The position numbers and the translations under genes were made by a program. Shown one piece after another: positions 36,326 to 46,230 of a DNA stretch of 64,000 bases. The notes beneath the pieces were generated by a model. The model was not told the origin of the DNA. It searched no databases and saw only the letters and a program-made list of their open reading frames with translations. How positions within the stretch are numbered: the stretch's first letter is position 1; each line of letters opens with the position of its first letter. The stretch is from the IMG/VR virus record IMGVR_UViG_3300044640_001517, positions 1-64,000 of that record, one strand, 5' to 3'. The DNA is from a virus.

Positions 36326-37828
36326 TCACTTAAATGTTGGCGGTGCTGTTACCGGCGGTGTCACTGGAGGAACTACCGGAGGAACTACCGGAGGAACTAC
36401 CGGAGGAACTACAGGAGGAACTACAGGAGCGACAACAGGAGCAGGTGATGTGCACGTAGCGCCAGACGCCAGCGGACTTACACACTCGCCGACATATGTA
36501 CAGCTGTTGAATCCGATGTCACCAGGGTTGCAATACTTGTTGCTTGGGGCGACCGGTGCTGTCACAGGCGCTGTTACTGGCGCAGTTACTGGCGCAGTTA
36601 CTGGCGCAGTTACCGGAGGATAGGTCATTGTTGAGCAGCCTGCGCCAGTTCCGTATCCGCAGTCGCCGTTGTTGTAGCAGCCTTCAAGGTTGGAGATGAC
36701 GTTGGCAGGTGAGCAGATGTTAAACGGTTCTGGGGTAACCGGAGCTGTAACAGGCGCTGTTACCGGTGCTGTTACCGGTGCTGTCACAGGTGAAGCTGGT
36801 GTACACGAGGCACCGCTCGCGCCTACTTTACATTCACCAACATCATAGCATTCGTAAAATCCAATATCTCCTGGGTTGCATAAGTTATACGTAACAACTA
36901 CAGGTGACACCGGAGGTGTGACAGGTGACACTGGAGAAGATCCGCAGAGAGTGAGACAGTACTGCGTTGTTGTTCCCGCTTGATCTGTAATGTTGCAGTA
37001 CAGCGTTGTGCCGTCATACGAGAGTGCGTATGTATTTGTATCGTTCTGCGCATCAAACCTGATACCGCCAGGAACAAGTTCTGTTTGATTTCCAGCCGCG
37101 TTATATGCAATCAGTCCGTCATATGTCAAGACAGAGACGTTTCCAGGATAGACACCGCCTGTAGGACCAACAATCAACGCGCCAGCAACCGCTGATGTGT
37201 ACGCGGCATCTCCAAGGTTGCCGATATACATATAACCAAGAAAACTTCCACCTGTGAACAAAGTGTCACCGACAATTGTCCAGCCGGCGATTGAACTTCC
37301 TGTACCGCCAAAACCTTGACCAATCTGGATATCGATACCGGTGAGAGTTCCTACAGTGATGTTTCCAGCGTCAAGATTGGACACAGTGATGATGCTTGCA
37401 TCAATACTTCCAGCGGTAATCTTGTTGGCGCTGACGCTCGCAATTGCGTGATCACCAAGTTCATTTGGCTGCCAGCCGGTGCCGGTCCAACGATAAATTC
37501 TATTGTCATCGTCGGTGTCAAACCAAAGATCTCCAACCGCCGTGGCTGTTGGCGACTCTGGTTGATGAAACGCCTTGTTTTTTCCATTGGCTGTAGTTAC
37601 AGCATTTGAGATGTCTGTTGATACGTCGTTCCCAAGTTTTGGACCAGTGACAGCGCCGTCTGCTAGTTCAATGGGCGTTACTGCGCCTTTTTCAATTGCC
37701 CGTGAGGGTACAGACCGTGTCTGAATCTGCGTAGGTACAGATCTTTTTTGAAGAAGTCGAAGACGACTGTCCATCGATGTGACAAGTTTTCCGACTGTCC
37801 GTAAACTTCTACGACGTATGCTAGCCAC
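36326..37828 (-). CDS. Minor tail / fibre protein with three 4-Cys modules separated by PVTA and PPVV linkers; ends PPTFK
   Basis: P.....GDLWFDTDD.N..YRW, ITAG.I.A..I (fibre shaft), CNPGDIGF..C..VGEC repeats; last gene of the tail module. Confidence 0.8.
   Translation of the reverse strand: MASIRRRSLRTVGKLVTSMDSRLRLLQKRSVPTQIQTRSVPSRAIEKGAVTPIELADGAVTGPKLGNDVSTDISNAVTTANGKNKAFHQPESPTATAVGDLWFDTDDDNRIYRWTGTGWQPNELGDHAIASVSANKITAGSIDASIITVSNLDAGNITVGTLTGIDIQIGQGFGGTGSSIAGWTIVGDTLFTGGSFLGYMYIGNLGDAAYTSAVAGALIVGPTGGVYPGNVSVLTYDGLIAYNAAGNQTELVPGGIRFDAQNDTNTYALSYDGTTLYCNITDQAGTTTQYCLTLCGSSPVSPVTPPVSPVVVTYNLCNPGDIGFYECYDVGECKVGASGASCTPASPVTAPVTAPVTAPVTAPVTPEPFNICSPANVISNLEGCYNNGDCGYGTGAGCSTMTYPPVTAPVTAPVTAPVTAPVTAPVAPSNKYCNPGDIGFNSCTYVGECVSPLASGATCTSPAPVVAPVVPPVVPPVVPPVVPPVVPPVTPPVTAPPTFK
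36329..36935 (-). repeat. 12-nt coding repeats: (PVTA)n and (PPVV)n
   Basis: + strand ggaggaactacc and ggcgcagttact tandem units. Confidence 0.9.
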
Positions 37829-39830
37829 GAGTGTCAACCTGCCATTCAGAGATAAGGTTCAATGTTACAACCTCTGGAAACGTTGGTGTGTTCTCTACCC
37901 TAACTGAGTATGAGTCAATCTTTCGTACAATCACGGTATCACGAGGTTCAAGATCGCTTGCTAGTCTTGCGCGGATAAACTCGTCGTCTATATTTAGCGC
38001 GCACCAGTCTCCAGGTACGTACTCACCTACCTTTGGAGAAAGTGATCCGTTTACCGTTACCTGGATATCTGCAAGTGGAGGTCTAAACTCCGTGAGATAT
38101 CTCTCCGCGTAGCCCTGTAACGCTTCTTCACTCGACGTGTCAACATACAGTTGGTCCTGTGTAAGCGACACGCTAACCTGGTCAGCTGATTCTTCAGCGT
38201 CAAGTAGCGGCCATCCGGCGGCAAGAAGCTCTGTTGAACTTGCAACGGAGTACGGCTGACTTGCGTCTTGGCCGAGGTCTCCAGTGCTACCAACAATAAA
38301 GAAACGAGTCGCCGCGTTCTCTGACGACTCATCGATCTTTACTTCTTGGATACTTCCAGGATAGTCAAACACAAGTCTGTCAGCGCCAAAACGACTGATC
38401 GGGGAAACCTCACCAGGCAACGGCGGATCTGGAAAATCAATTGGAATCATGACAAACTGACGCGTAAACGAATTGGTCAAGGCGTCGTATTCACAGTCAA
38501 TGCGGTACTCAAAGCCGTCAATGCTGTCTGAGTATTTATCGAGTTCTTCTCCAACTGATAGCAGCTGAAATCCTCGATATGTTTTATTTTTAAGGTTCTT
38601 TCCGCTGTATCCCAGATCTGAGTACGTCATGCCAATGTCAGAGTTGGCTGGAAACGGACCGTATGTTTTTACACTGATCGCCGGCGTAACAGTCGCCGTT
38701 CCTCCGACAACAGGCACAGGTAACACATCGGTGACGTAGGCTGTAACAAATGTAAATGTCGTGGGCGTAACAGCATCAATTGTGTGTGTTCCGTTAAACA
38801 CCTCGTATGTCAATGTCGTATCGTCAACACCCGCCACCACGACAGTGTCATTGTCGCTAAACAGGTGCGGCGTTGACGTCGTAAGCATGGCCTGATAACT
38901 GCTAAGTTGCTTGTAGGTCACTGTCTGTGTATTTGCTGTAATTGGCGTTGTGCCTACGTTTGCCGCAATAATGTCAAACGTAACTGTAAAAGCATCAGGA
39001 ATACTTGTTGCCTCGTATAGACCGTTAAGAGTATGACCGGCATTTACGATCTCAAATTGCTGACCAAGAATCAGACCATGCTCTGTTGACGTGACCACAG
39101 TCCCTACGTTACTTGTAACCGAGTAGCTTACCATTGGGGCGTTATTTGATACACCAGGCTCAATTTCATAGTTTGGAAAGTCAATGTTTGTATAGTCAAC
39201 AAACATTGTGTCAAGCAACTGACGTATAAAATCGTATGTATCAACACGAACATATACAGAGCAATTAATGTACGTGCCGTCGGGCAGAGACGGCAGTGAG
39301 ATCGTACAAGTGTTTAGGGTAGGCGCGGTTGCAACCGTGTAGTAGCCGTTATAGATAAAGTCACCGACTTCATAAAATATGACCTGTACAGTTGAACCTA
39401 TAGGAAACTCATAGTCAGAGATGTCAAGTGAGATCGTCGTTGTGCCTGCGGCCTTTGTTATCGTCGCCGCAAAGTCATGGGTATAGGTTTTCCAGATATT
39501 GCGATGATACAAATAGCTAGTAAACTCTGCGCCCTGCACAGTCATTGTTCGTGACTCTACCGAGTACGAGCGTGACCAGATGATGCCTCCCCATACGCAC
39601 TGACCGTCACGGACAATGTACAGACCTGTCTTACCTGGCATTGTGGTCTCATACAGGTTAAATGGTACAGTATCTGGGATATACGGAATAGTCCCAGAAA
39701 ACTTACCTGCACCTTTGATTGCGCGTTCGTACGTGACATTTGTAAACGGGATCTCAGCAATTACTGTGTTTGTCAACAGGTCAGTTGCAAAGTACCTGTA
39801 TATTGATGAGTATTCTGTTATCGTTGACAT
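37821..39830 (-). CDS. Minor tail protein (ReqiPepy6 gp37-like hub) with inserted beta-barrel repeats
   Basis: Position after Dit; AEIPF..V.Y.R...GAG.FSG, LYIVRDG..VWGGIIW, FDYPG.I, GWPLLD. Confidence 0.75.
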   Translation of the reverse strand: MSTITEYSSIYRYFATDLLTNTVIAEIPFTNVTYERAIKGAGKFSGTIPYIPDTVPFNLYETTMPGKTGLYIVRDGQCVWGGIIWSRSYSVESRTMTVQGAEFTSYLYHRNIWKTYTHDFAATITKAAGTTTISLDISDYEFPIGSTVQVIFYEVGDFIYNGYYTVATAPTLNTCTISLPSLPDGTYINCSVYVRVDTYDFIRQLLDTMFVDYTNIDFPNYEIEPGVSNNAPMVSYSVTSNVGTVVTSTEHGLILGQQFEIVNAGHTLNGLYEATSIPDAFTVTFDIIAANVGTTPITANTQTVTYKQLSSYQAMLTTSTPHLFSDNDTVVVAGVDDTTLTYEVFNGTHTIDAVTPTTFTFVTAYVTDVLPVPVVGGTATVTPAISVKTYGPFPANSDIGMTYSDLGYSGKNLKNKTYRGFQLLSVGEELDKYSDSIDGFEYRIDCEYDALTNSFTRQFVMIPIDFPDPPLPGEVSPISRFGADRLVFDYPGSIQEVKIDESSENAATRFFIVGSTGDLGQDASQPYSVASSTELLAAGWPLLDAEESADQVSVSLTQDQLYVDTSSEEALQGYAERYLTEFRPPLADIQVTVNGSLSPKVGEYVPGDWCALNIDDEFIRARLASDLEPRDTVIVRKIDSYSVRVENTPTFPEVVTLNLISEWQVDTRG

Positions 39831-39853
39831 GTCATCGTCCCTAGGCTACTAAA

Positions 39854-41047
39854 CTAACCTATCCAGCCGGAGCGATAGTACACATCTAAAGTTGCAACAC
39901 CCGTCGCGTCACCGTCGTCTGTGAAAGTGATCTCGTTGTCGCCAGGCTCAAGTCGGATCCAGTCAAGAAGAACCTCAAGCATTGAACGCGTGCCGGCGGT
40001 GATTCCGTTAAACGTTACCGAGTGATCATGCGTATCAATCTCAAGAACGTCAACGTCAATTGACGCGGTGCCGGACACACCCGCACTGGCGACGTTTGCG
40101 GCGATCTTTTCATACGTAAACGACGACGTAGTAGGCGTGCCTGTGATTACGTGTACACCGTTATATGTGGCGTTGACGCCGGCAACCGTGACAATGTCGT
40201 CTATGATGAGGTTGTGTACCGCACTGGTTGTAAGTGTGGCAACATTACTTGTAAGCTGTGCGTTGGTGACACTGTGCGTTGTGGCGGCACGGAGTTGCTG
40301 GATGATCGTGATGAACTCATCATTTGCCGCGTTATAGATCGTTCCGGTGCCTGTCAGAGGGCCTGTGACGGTAAGCACCGCCGGTACCTTGATGTTTCCA
40401 CCGTTGTTGATGACACGCGAACCTGTCTCTGCGACCGCGGTATTTGCTGACGGAATGTTCACAATCGTGTATCCGTCGGGATCGGCAGCGTTCCACTCGT
40501 ACTTGATCGGGTCAGCCGCACGGAGACCGATCGTAAAGTCAATTCTTCCGCGCGCGTTTACCGATGTAATTGAAGGTCGACCGCTTAGACGAACCTTTGC
40601 AGCGCGGGTAGGTTCTTCATCGACCTTAAGCCAGCCATTACTGTAGACAAGACTTGTTGCCGCAATGAGAGTGTTTCGCGCCGCCGGCGCAAGACTTGGA
40701 TCTGGTGTAAGTATTGAACCGGTGAGTGTGATCTGACGCGCCAGCCAGCGGCCACGTACGTCATACGAGCCGTCACCATAGCCGCGTTCGATGTCAGGGA
40801 CAGCGGGATCTGGATGTACCCACCAGCCATCGATATCTGTACAGACCCAGATAACTCCGTTTTCATCAATTGCATTTAAGACAAGATCTCCAAGCTGAAT
40901 ATCGTTCTTCAGCTTCATACCGGTGATCCACGGACGTGGAAGCGGTGTTAGAGCCTTGTTTACCTTTGATGTTTCATAGCCTTGCGTTACCGCGTCGACA
41001 TACGCACCTGCGCCGTATAGTCCAGATCCATATGTTACTTCGGCCAT
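39854..41047 (-). CDS. Distal tail (Dit-like) protein with an inserted domain
   Basis: W....DGWW..P, R.ITL.G, L.A.DP.KY, N.GN...P, W..L.PG.N.I. Confidence 0.8.
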   Translation of the reverse strand: MAEVTYGSGLYGAGAYVDAVTQGYETSKVNKALTPLPRPWITGMKLKNDIQLGDLVLNAIDENGVIWVCTDIDGWWVHPDPAVPDIERGYGDGSYDVRGRWLARQITLTGSILTPDPSLAPAARNTLIAATSLVYSNGWLKVDEEPTRAAKVRLSGRPSITSVNARGRIDFTIGLRAADPIKYEWNAADPDGYTIVNIPSANTAVAETGSRVINNGGNIKVPAVLTVTGPLTGTGTIYNAANDEFITIIQQLRAATTHSVTNAQLTSNVATLTTSAVHNLIIDDIVTVAGVNATYNGVHVITGTPTTSSFTYEKIAANVASAGVSGTASIDVDVLEIDTHDHSVTFNGITAGTRSMLEVLLDWIRLEPGDNEITFTDDGDATGVATLDVYYRSGWIG

Positions 41048-41056
41048 CGTAACTCC

Positions 41057-42283
41057 TTAACCAATGTTTCCAACGGTTGTTGCTGAGCCCATATCTACGT
41101 ACATGAAGTTACTTCCAACAACCGATGTCACTGTTCCAGCAGAGCATGTGAACACCAAACCGAGTCGTGTGTTTGCCACCGGAATGACCGTTCCTGTGAT
41201 CTTCATCGCCATTGTCGCCGTGTCCGCAATCGAGTACGAAGCGGCTGAGGTTGTTGTTGCGGCACCTGTGGCGTTCATGTGAATGATGTTGCCGTTTGTA
41301 CCAGTTGTCAATGACGCGCCCTGTGTAATAAGCGTAATCAGTGCGGTAAGGTCAAGGTTTGTCGCGGCTGAGTTATTCATCGAGACAGTGACGGTTCCAG
41401 CCGTCGCCTTTGTAAACTTCAGGTCATACTCAAAACGATACAGACGTCCGGCAAGAAGTGCTGGACGAACTGTGGCCGTAAAGAAGTGACCGCCAGAGGC
41501 AACAGACGCGCCAGTCGCAAGCTTGCCGTATTGAGGCGCCATGATGACGCCACGGCCTGTGCCGTTTGTCGTGTTACCGGTGATAAACATGTTATTGCCG
41601 TCAAACTCAATTGCACCTTGAGTAGGAGATGTAAGGTTTGTTCCGCTTGTTAGAGTAAGTGCCGCGGCTGAGGTTGTTCCAGCAGAGATGATTGGCGCGG
41701 TGAGCGTCTTAGTTGTCAGTGTCTGCGAGTCAGTTGTACCGACGATTGTTCCAGTTGGTACCGCTTTTCCAAGAACCTGCGTTGCGCTAAGCACAGTGCT
41801 TCCCGCAATTTCGTATACTTTTCCAGTGGCAAGGTTCAAGTCTTCAGATGATGTCCATGCCGCTGTTGAGCTTACCCAGTTAAATGTCTTGTCAGTTGCA
41901 CCTTTGAGTGTGATTCCTCCGCCATCTGCCGTTACGTCTGTGGGCGTAGTAACGGAGCCAAGCTCGATGTTCTTATCGTCAACGGTGAGAGTCGTGCTGT
42001 TTACTGTCGTGGTTGTGCCGTTAACAGTGAGGTTGCCTGTGATCGTCACGGCACCGCTGACAGCTAACGTTGTAAGAGTGCCAACTGACGTAAGACTCGA
42101 AGACACAACGTTTGATGAAAGTGTTGTCCCAACGATTCCGTTTGCCGCCGCCTTGATCGCCCACGTGTTTGAGCTCAAAAACGCAAAACGGTTGTCAATC
42201 GCGACAATCGCCGCGTTGAGGGTTGTACCCCAACCCGTGTCTCCGTTTGCCGGAATTTGTGTGCCGTCTATCAATGTTGCCAT
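41057..42283 (-). CDS. Tail fibre-like protein
   Basis: WGTTLN, SSLTSVGTLT, GNLTVNGTTTTVNSTT..V.DKNIELG, GGGITLKG..DK, Q.LT.KTLT.P motifs. Confidence 0.75.
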   Translation of the reverse strand: MATLIDGTQIPANGDTGWGTTLNAAIVAIDNRFAFLSSNTWAIKAAANGIVGTTLSSNVVSSSLTSVGTLTTLAVSGAVTITGNLTVNGTTTTVNSTTLTVDDKNIELGSVTTPTDVTADGGGITLKGATDKTFNWVSSTAAWTSSEDLNLATGKVYEIAGSTVLSATQVLGKAVPTGTIVGTTDSQTLTTKTLTAPIISAGTTSAAALTLTSGTNLTSPTQGAIEFDGNNMFITGNTTNGTGRGVIMAPQYGKLATGASVASGGHFFTATVRPALLAGRLYRFEYDLKFTKATAGTVTVSMNNSAATNLDLTALITLITQGASLTTGTNGNIIHMNATGAATTTSAASYSIADTATMAMKITGTVIPVANTRLGLVFTCSAGTVTSVVGSNFMYVDMGSATTVGNIG

Positions 42284-42304
42284 GTCTGTTTTCTCCTATT
42301 CGAG

Positions 42305-45300
42305 TTATGCCATTCCGCGACTTAGTTGTACTGCCAGTTGTCGCGAAATCAACGAGGCAAGTTCTCTCTCATCCATACCAGGTGATGGCTGAACGTTTAT
42401 TGTAATACCTCCGCCGGCACCGCCAGCGAATGTCTTCATGATTGCGATATCGCGCTTTGAAAGACCGTCTTCGTTGAGTGGCTCGACGCGCTCTGGGCGA
42501 CCCGCCTCGGCTATGCGTGCGAGAGTACCACCCGGCGACGGCATGACGACGCCTCCCTCAGCAAGTTCTGGAATGTCAGGAAGGCCAAGAGTAAATCCGC
42601 CAACAGTCACTCCAAATATCTTTGCAGAAGGAATCTTAAACTCTAGTTTGTTCCAAGCTCTAATGATGAAGTTGATTGCACTCTTAAATGTGCTAATAAT
42701 CGCATCGCCGATCTTTCCAAAGATCGACTTTGCTCCATTGACTACTCCAACAATGAAGTCCCACGCCTTCATAAATGCTGTTTTAATTCCGCCCCAGACT
42801 TTGCCCCAAATTTCGCCGATGAATCCAAAGACTGGCTTAATTACATTGTTCCAGTAGAATTGAACTAGCGTAGATACATATCTCCAAACAGTAGAGAACA
42901 CTGCCTGAATACCGTTCCATATGCCACTCCATACAGTGCCAATGAGTCCAAAGACTGGTTTAATTATGTTGTTCCACACAAAACTAACTGAAGTTGCAAT
43001 AATGTTCCAGGCCGTCTCAAATGCAACCTTCATTGCTTCCCAGACGGCACCAACGACTACACCAAAAATCTCAAACACTGGCTTAATAACGTTTTCCCAG
43101 GCCCATTGAATTGAGTTGTAGATCAGTGGCCACACAAGGTCCCACCCGGCTTTAATGCCTTTCCAAATTCCAATTATGGCCAGTCCCATCAGTATAAATG
43201 GAAGCATGATCAAGCCAACGGCAATCTTAAAAGCAATCACAAGAGCAGGCCACACAGCGTCCCACGCGGACTTAATTCCACCCCAGACTGCGGCAAAGAA
43301 TCCACCAATCTGTTCACCGACAAACTTGATGCCTTCCCAAAGAGCATAAAGTCCAGCTTTTATGCCATCCCACACAGCGTGAACAAAATCTCTAAACCAC
43401 TCAAACTTCTTGTACATGACGACGACAATGGCGATGAGTGCGACTATTGCTACGATCCATATCGTTATCGGGTTTGCAGCCATTGCAGCGCCAAGACCTT
43501 TTAGCGCGCCGCCCATCGCAACAATGGCGCCTTTGGCTTTGCCCATTGCTGTCTGGAAATAAGCAATCATCTTGCTGTTTTGACCAAACAGTGTTTGGAA
43601 CGTTTTAGTGTTTGTCAATCCACTTTTTAGTGCGGCAAAGAATCCAGCTCCTCCCGCTCTAGCATACTTAAATCCATCTGTAAAAAGACCTAAGCCTGTT
43701 TTACTTGCAAGAAGAGCTTTGTCAAATGATATCAATCCTCCCGTTGCATACTTAAAAGCTTTATTAGCTACTATGCCAAGCCGACTAAATCCTAGTCGCA
43801 GCCCGTGTACGGCCGCAAGTACACCGAATATCTTTCCAACAAGAGGGACACTAAAAAACGCAACAAGAGCGTCCATTGCTTTAGTAAGAACTAGAAAAAA
43901 CATCTGTAAGCTACCGGACTCGAGGAAGACGGCAGTCATCTCTAAGAAGCTGCCTACAAATTCTGCAAACGCCGCTCCACCTTCAATGAGCGCTGGCATT
44001 CTATCGAGGATAGCATCTACACCTTCTCCGATCCGTGCAATTGAACCTTCAAGAGATCCATCTCCTCCAGCACGGAGGATTGCTGCAACGATTCTTCCAA
44101 TGATACTAAGAATTTCTTGAAAGCTGCCAAAGGCTGTGTCAAAGTATTCTTTAAGTTTTCCACTTGCAAGATGCTTTGATGTAAAGTCTTCAAAGCGCTG
44201 GGTCAGATCGATCATCCAGTCAAGCATTGTTTGACCAGCACCGTCTTTTCCAGTTACGGCTCGACCCATGTTCATAAACGCGCCGATGATATTTCCAATT
44301 GCTTTACCAAATCCGGCGGCAATATCTCCGGCATGGTTGAACATGTCGGTCAATCCACTGATGTTTCCTTCAGCGTCTTTGGCCCAGCCGCCAGTAATTG
44401 TTGTGACAAAGTCAGTAAACCGCCTGGTCAACGGTCCTGCCGCAACAAGAAGCGATTGAATTAGCCGCGTGATACTGCCAAGTATTGTTCCGAATTGGCC
44501 AATAACATAGTTGTTGTTGTCCATGATAATGCCAAGGTCTTTGACTCCGGCAGGGGTTGTAACGAGCGCAGCAAAGTCTTTTGCAGACTTGCCTATCGCC
44601 GTGCCGGTTTCACGTAGCTTTGCCTTGAGCGTTGGGAACAACCTATCTACAAGTAACTGAATCGCCTCTTGAAGTGGAGGAAATAAAGTTTCACTAATTG
44701 CAAGTCTAAGTTCATCTAGCTTTGGTTTTAGACCCGCGATAAACTTTGCAAATTCTTTTTGGTACTCGTTTAGACCAGCAAAGGCGTCTTGCCCAGCGCC
44801 TCCAACACCTTTCATCGCGTCATCGACTTTTTTCGTTGCGATTGCTAAGTTGTCATAGGCCCGCGTGAGTTGATACGCCGCTTCTTTTTTAGCCTCTTCA
44901 GCGCCTAGCACTTCTTTAGAATTCAAGATCTGCTCTTGAGTGTTCCACGTATTGTTATTTGTCGCCTTATTTTGCTCTACAGTCAGGTCGTTGACACGGT
45001 CTTTTTGCTTACGTAGGTTAAGATCTGCCTGCGCAAAAGCAAGCTCAGCCTCCCGGCGAGCACGACTATTTGGAGCAAGATCTTGAACACGCGCAAGTGT
45101 TTCACGGGCTTTTTCAAGTTCGATTGCCGCACGTTTTTCGCCAATCACCGCGTCTTCAGTTGCAAAATTAAGATCTTCTATTCGATTTTTTGCAATGTCA
45201 TACGCCTCATTTAAGTCTTCCTGTGCTCTAAAGACACCAGCTTTTGCTTTTTCAAGCGCGCGATTTGCGTCAGCCTCTGCCCTAAGAAGTTGCGGCATAT

Positions 45301-45748
45301 TGTCGCTCGCGCCGCCTCCAGACGGTTTTGTTAGCTGTCCTATCGCTTTTCCTACACCGCCGAATGCGATCTTAAACGCAACCATGCCTTGCAGAAGAGA
45401 AGACATTATTCCGCCGAGAGCCATGAGTGACGGCCCTGCGGCCGCAGCCTCAAGACCTATGACTGCGATACCAGCTGCGGCAGAGCCAAGAACAGGAACA
45501 AGAACGCCTATCGCGCCTTGCAGATAGTAGCTTCTTTCAATTAGCTTGTTGATTTGCTTATATGTGTTAACAGCTTCGTTTTGGAATGATGTCATTCCAC
45601 GCGAAGCACCAGAACTAAATCCACTGCCGAGAGAACTTCCAGCCCGATTACCGAGTGGGCCAAGACCGTTCATCGCCTGTTGCACTTGATTTTGGAAACC
45701 GGTGGTTATCGCGTTGACGACAATATATGCACTACCTACAACGGCCAT
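42305..45748 (-). CDS. Tape measure protein
   Basis: 1147 aa, Ala/Gly-rich and helical, periodic W/F repeats, P.LAEGG.V...AEAG.PE; follows the tail chaperones. Confidence 0.92.
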   Translation of the reverse strand: MAVVGSAYIVVNAITTGFQNQVQQAMNGLGPLGNRAGSSLGSGFSSGASRGMTSFQNEAVNTYKQINKLIERSYYLQGAIGVLVPVLGSAAAGIAVIGLEAAAAGPSLMALGGIMSSLLQGMVAFKIAFGGVGKAIGQLTKPSGGGASDNMPQLLRAEADANRALEKAKAGVFRAQEDLNEAYDIAKNRIEDLNFATEDAVIGEKRAAIELEKARETLARVQDLAPNSRARREAELAFAQADLNLRKQKDRVNDLTVEQNKATNNNTWNTQEQILNSKEVLGAEEAKKEAAYQLTRAYDNLAIATKKVDDAMKGVGGAGQDAFAGLNEYQKEFAKFIAGLKPKLDELRLAISETLFPPLQEAIQLLVDRLFPTLKAKLRETGTAIGKSAKDFAALVTTPAGVKDLGIIMDNNNYVIGQFGTILGSITRLIQSLLVAAGPLTRRFTDFVTTITGGWAKDAEGNISGLTDMFNHAGDIAAGFGKAIGNIIGAFMNMGRAVTGKDGAGQTMLDWMIDLTQRFEDFTSKHLASGKLKEYFDTAFGSFQEILSIIGRIVAAILRAGGDGSLEGSIARIGEGVDAILDRMPALIEGGAAFAEFVGSFLEMTAVFLESGSLQMFFLVLTKAMDALVAFFSVPLVGKIFGVLAAVHGLRLGFSRLGIVANKAFKYATGGLISFDKALLASKTGLGLFTDGFKYARAGGAGFFAALKSGLTNTKTFQTLFGQNSKMIAYFQTAMGKAKGAIVAMGGALKGLGAAMAANPITIWIVAIVALIAIVVVMYKKFEWFRDFVHAVWDGIKAGLYALWEGIKFVGEQIGGFFAAVWGGIKSAWDAVWPALVIAFKIAVGLIMLPFILMGLAIIGIWKGIKAGWDLVWPLIYNSIQWAWENVIKPVFEIFGVVVGAVWEAMKVAFETAWNIIATSVSFVWNNIIKPVFGLIGTVWSGIWNGIQAVFSTVWRYVSTLVQFYWNNVIKPVFGFIGEIWGKVWGGIKTAFMKAWDFIVGVVNGAKSIFGKIGDAIISTFKSAINFIIRAWNKLEFKIPSAKIFGVTVGGFTLGLPDIPELAEGGVVMPSPGGTLARIAEAGRPERVEPLNEDGLSKRDIAIMKTFAGGAGGGITINVQPSPGMDERELASLISRQLAVQLSRGMA

Positions 45749-45802
45749 ACGTATTCACCTCCTTCCATCGCAGTGTCTACCGCTATTCTAAATCATTTTT
45801 AG

Positions 45803-46230
45803 CTACCTGAGTGGGGCGTCTAATGCCTTACCAAACGGTAGTATTGCATCTTCATTTAGAACAGTCGGCGGAACATACGGCTTTGTAGAATTTGACCGTG
45901 CAAACGGATCAATAGGCACTGGCACGCCGTCGTCATCGTCGTCTAGTGGAAGATCGACATTCCGATTGCTGTTCTGCGTACTTGTTCCGTATTTGTACGT
46001 TGTTCCATAGAGGCTGCTATAGATTGTTTGTCTAAACTTGTCTTTTGCTTCGAGCATCTCACCGGACGAAACATTTAACGAATCTTCTTCAAACAAGTAG
46101 TGAAGAAAGTCGACTGCGTCAGCAGCATCTAATTGTCGGATATCAACGCCAAGTGAGATTGCTTTACCGTTGACATACGGCCAGGTATCAACCGCCCAAA
46201 CTAGGAAGCTGCTGGCGGCTGCGTAGGGCG
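45803..46230 (-). CDS. Tail assembly chaperone, -1 frameshift extension (gpT-like)
   Basis: The -1 frame is open from CGC CCT AC: PYAAASSFLVWAVDTWPYVNG...LDAPLR. It has no start or RBS of its own. Confidence 0.7.

Noticed and set aside
36329-36935. Tandem 12-nt repeats as a CRISPR array or VNTR; antisense ORF 36207-36623 with GGTT/GAVT repeats
   Set aside because: No unique spacers; the repeats are in-frame codons of the tail protein.
41688-45527. Long + strand ORFs opposite the tail fibre and tape measure genes
   Set aside because: Antisense shadows caused by codon bias; no RBS or recognisable motifs.
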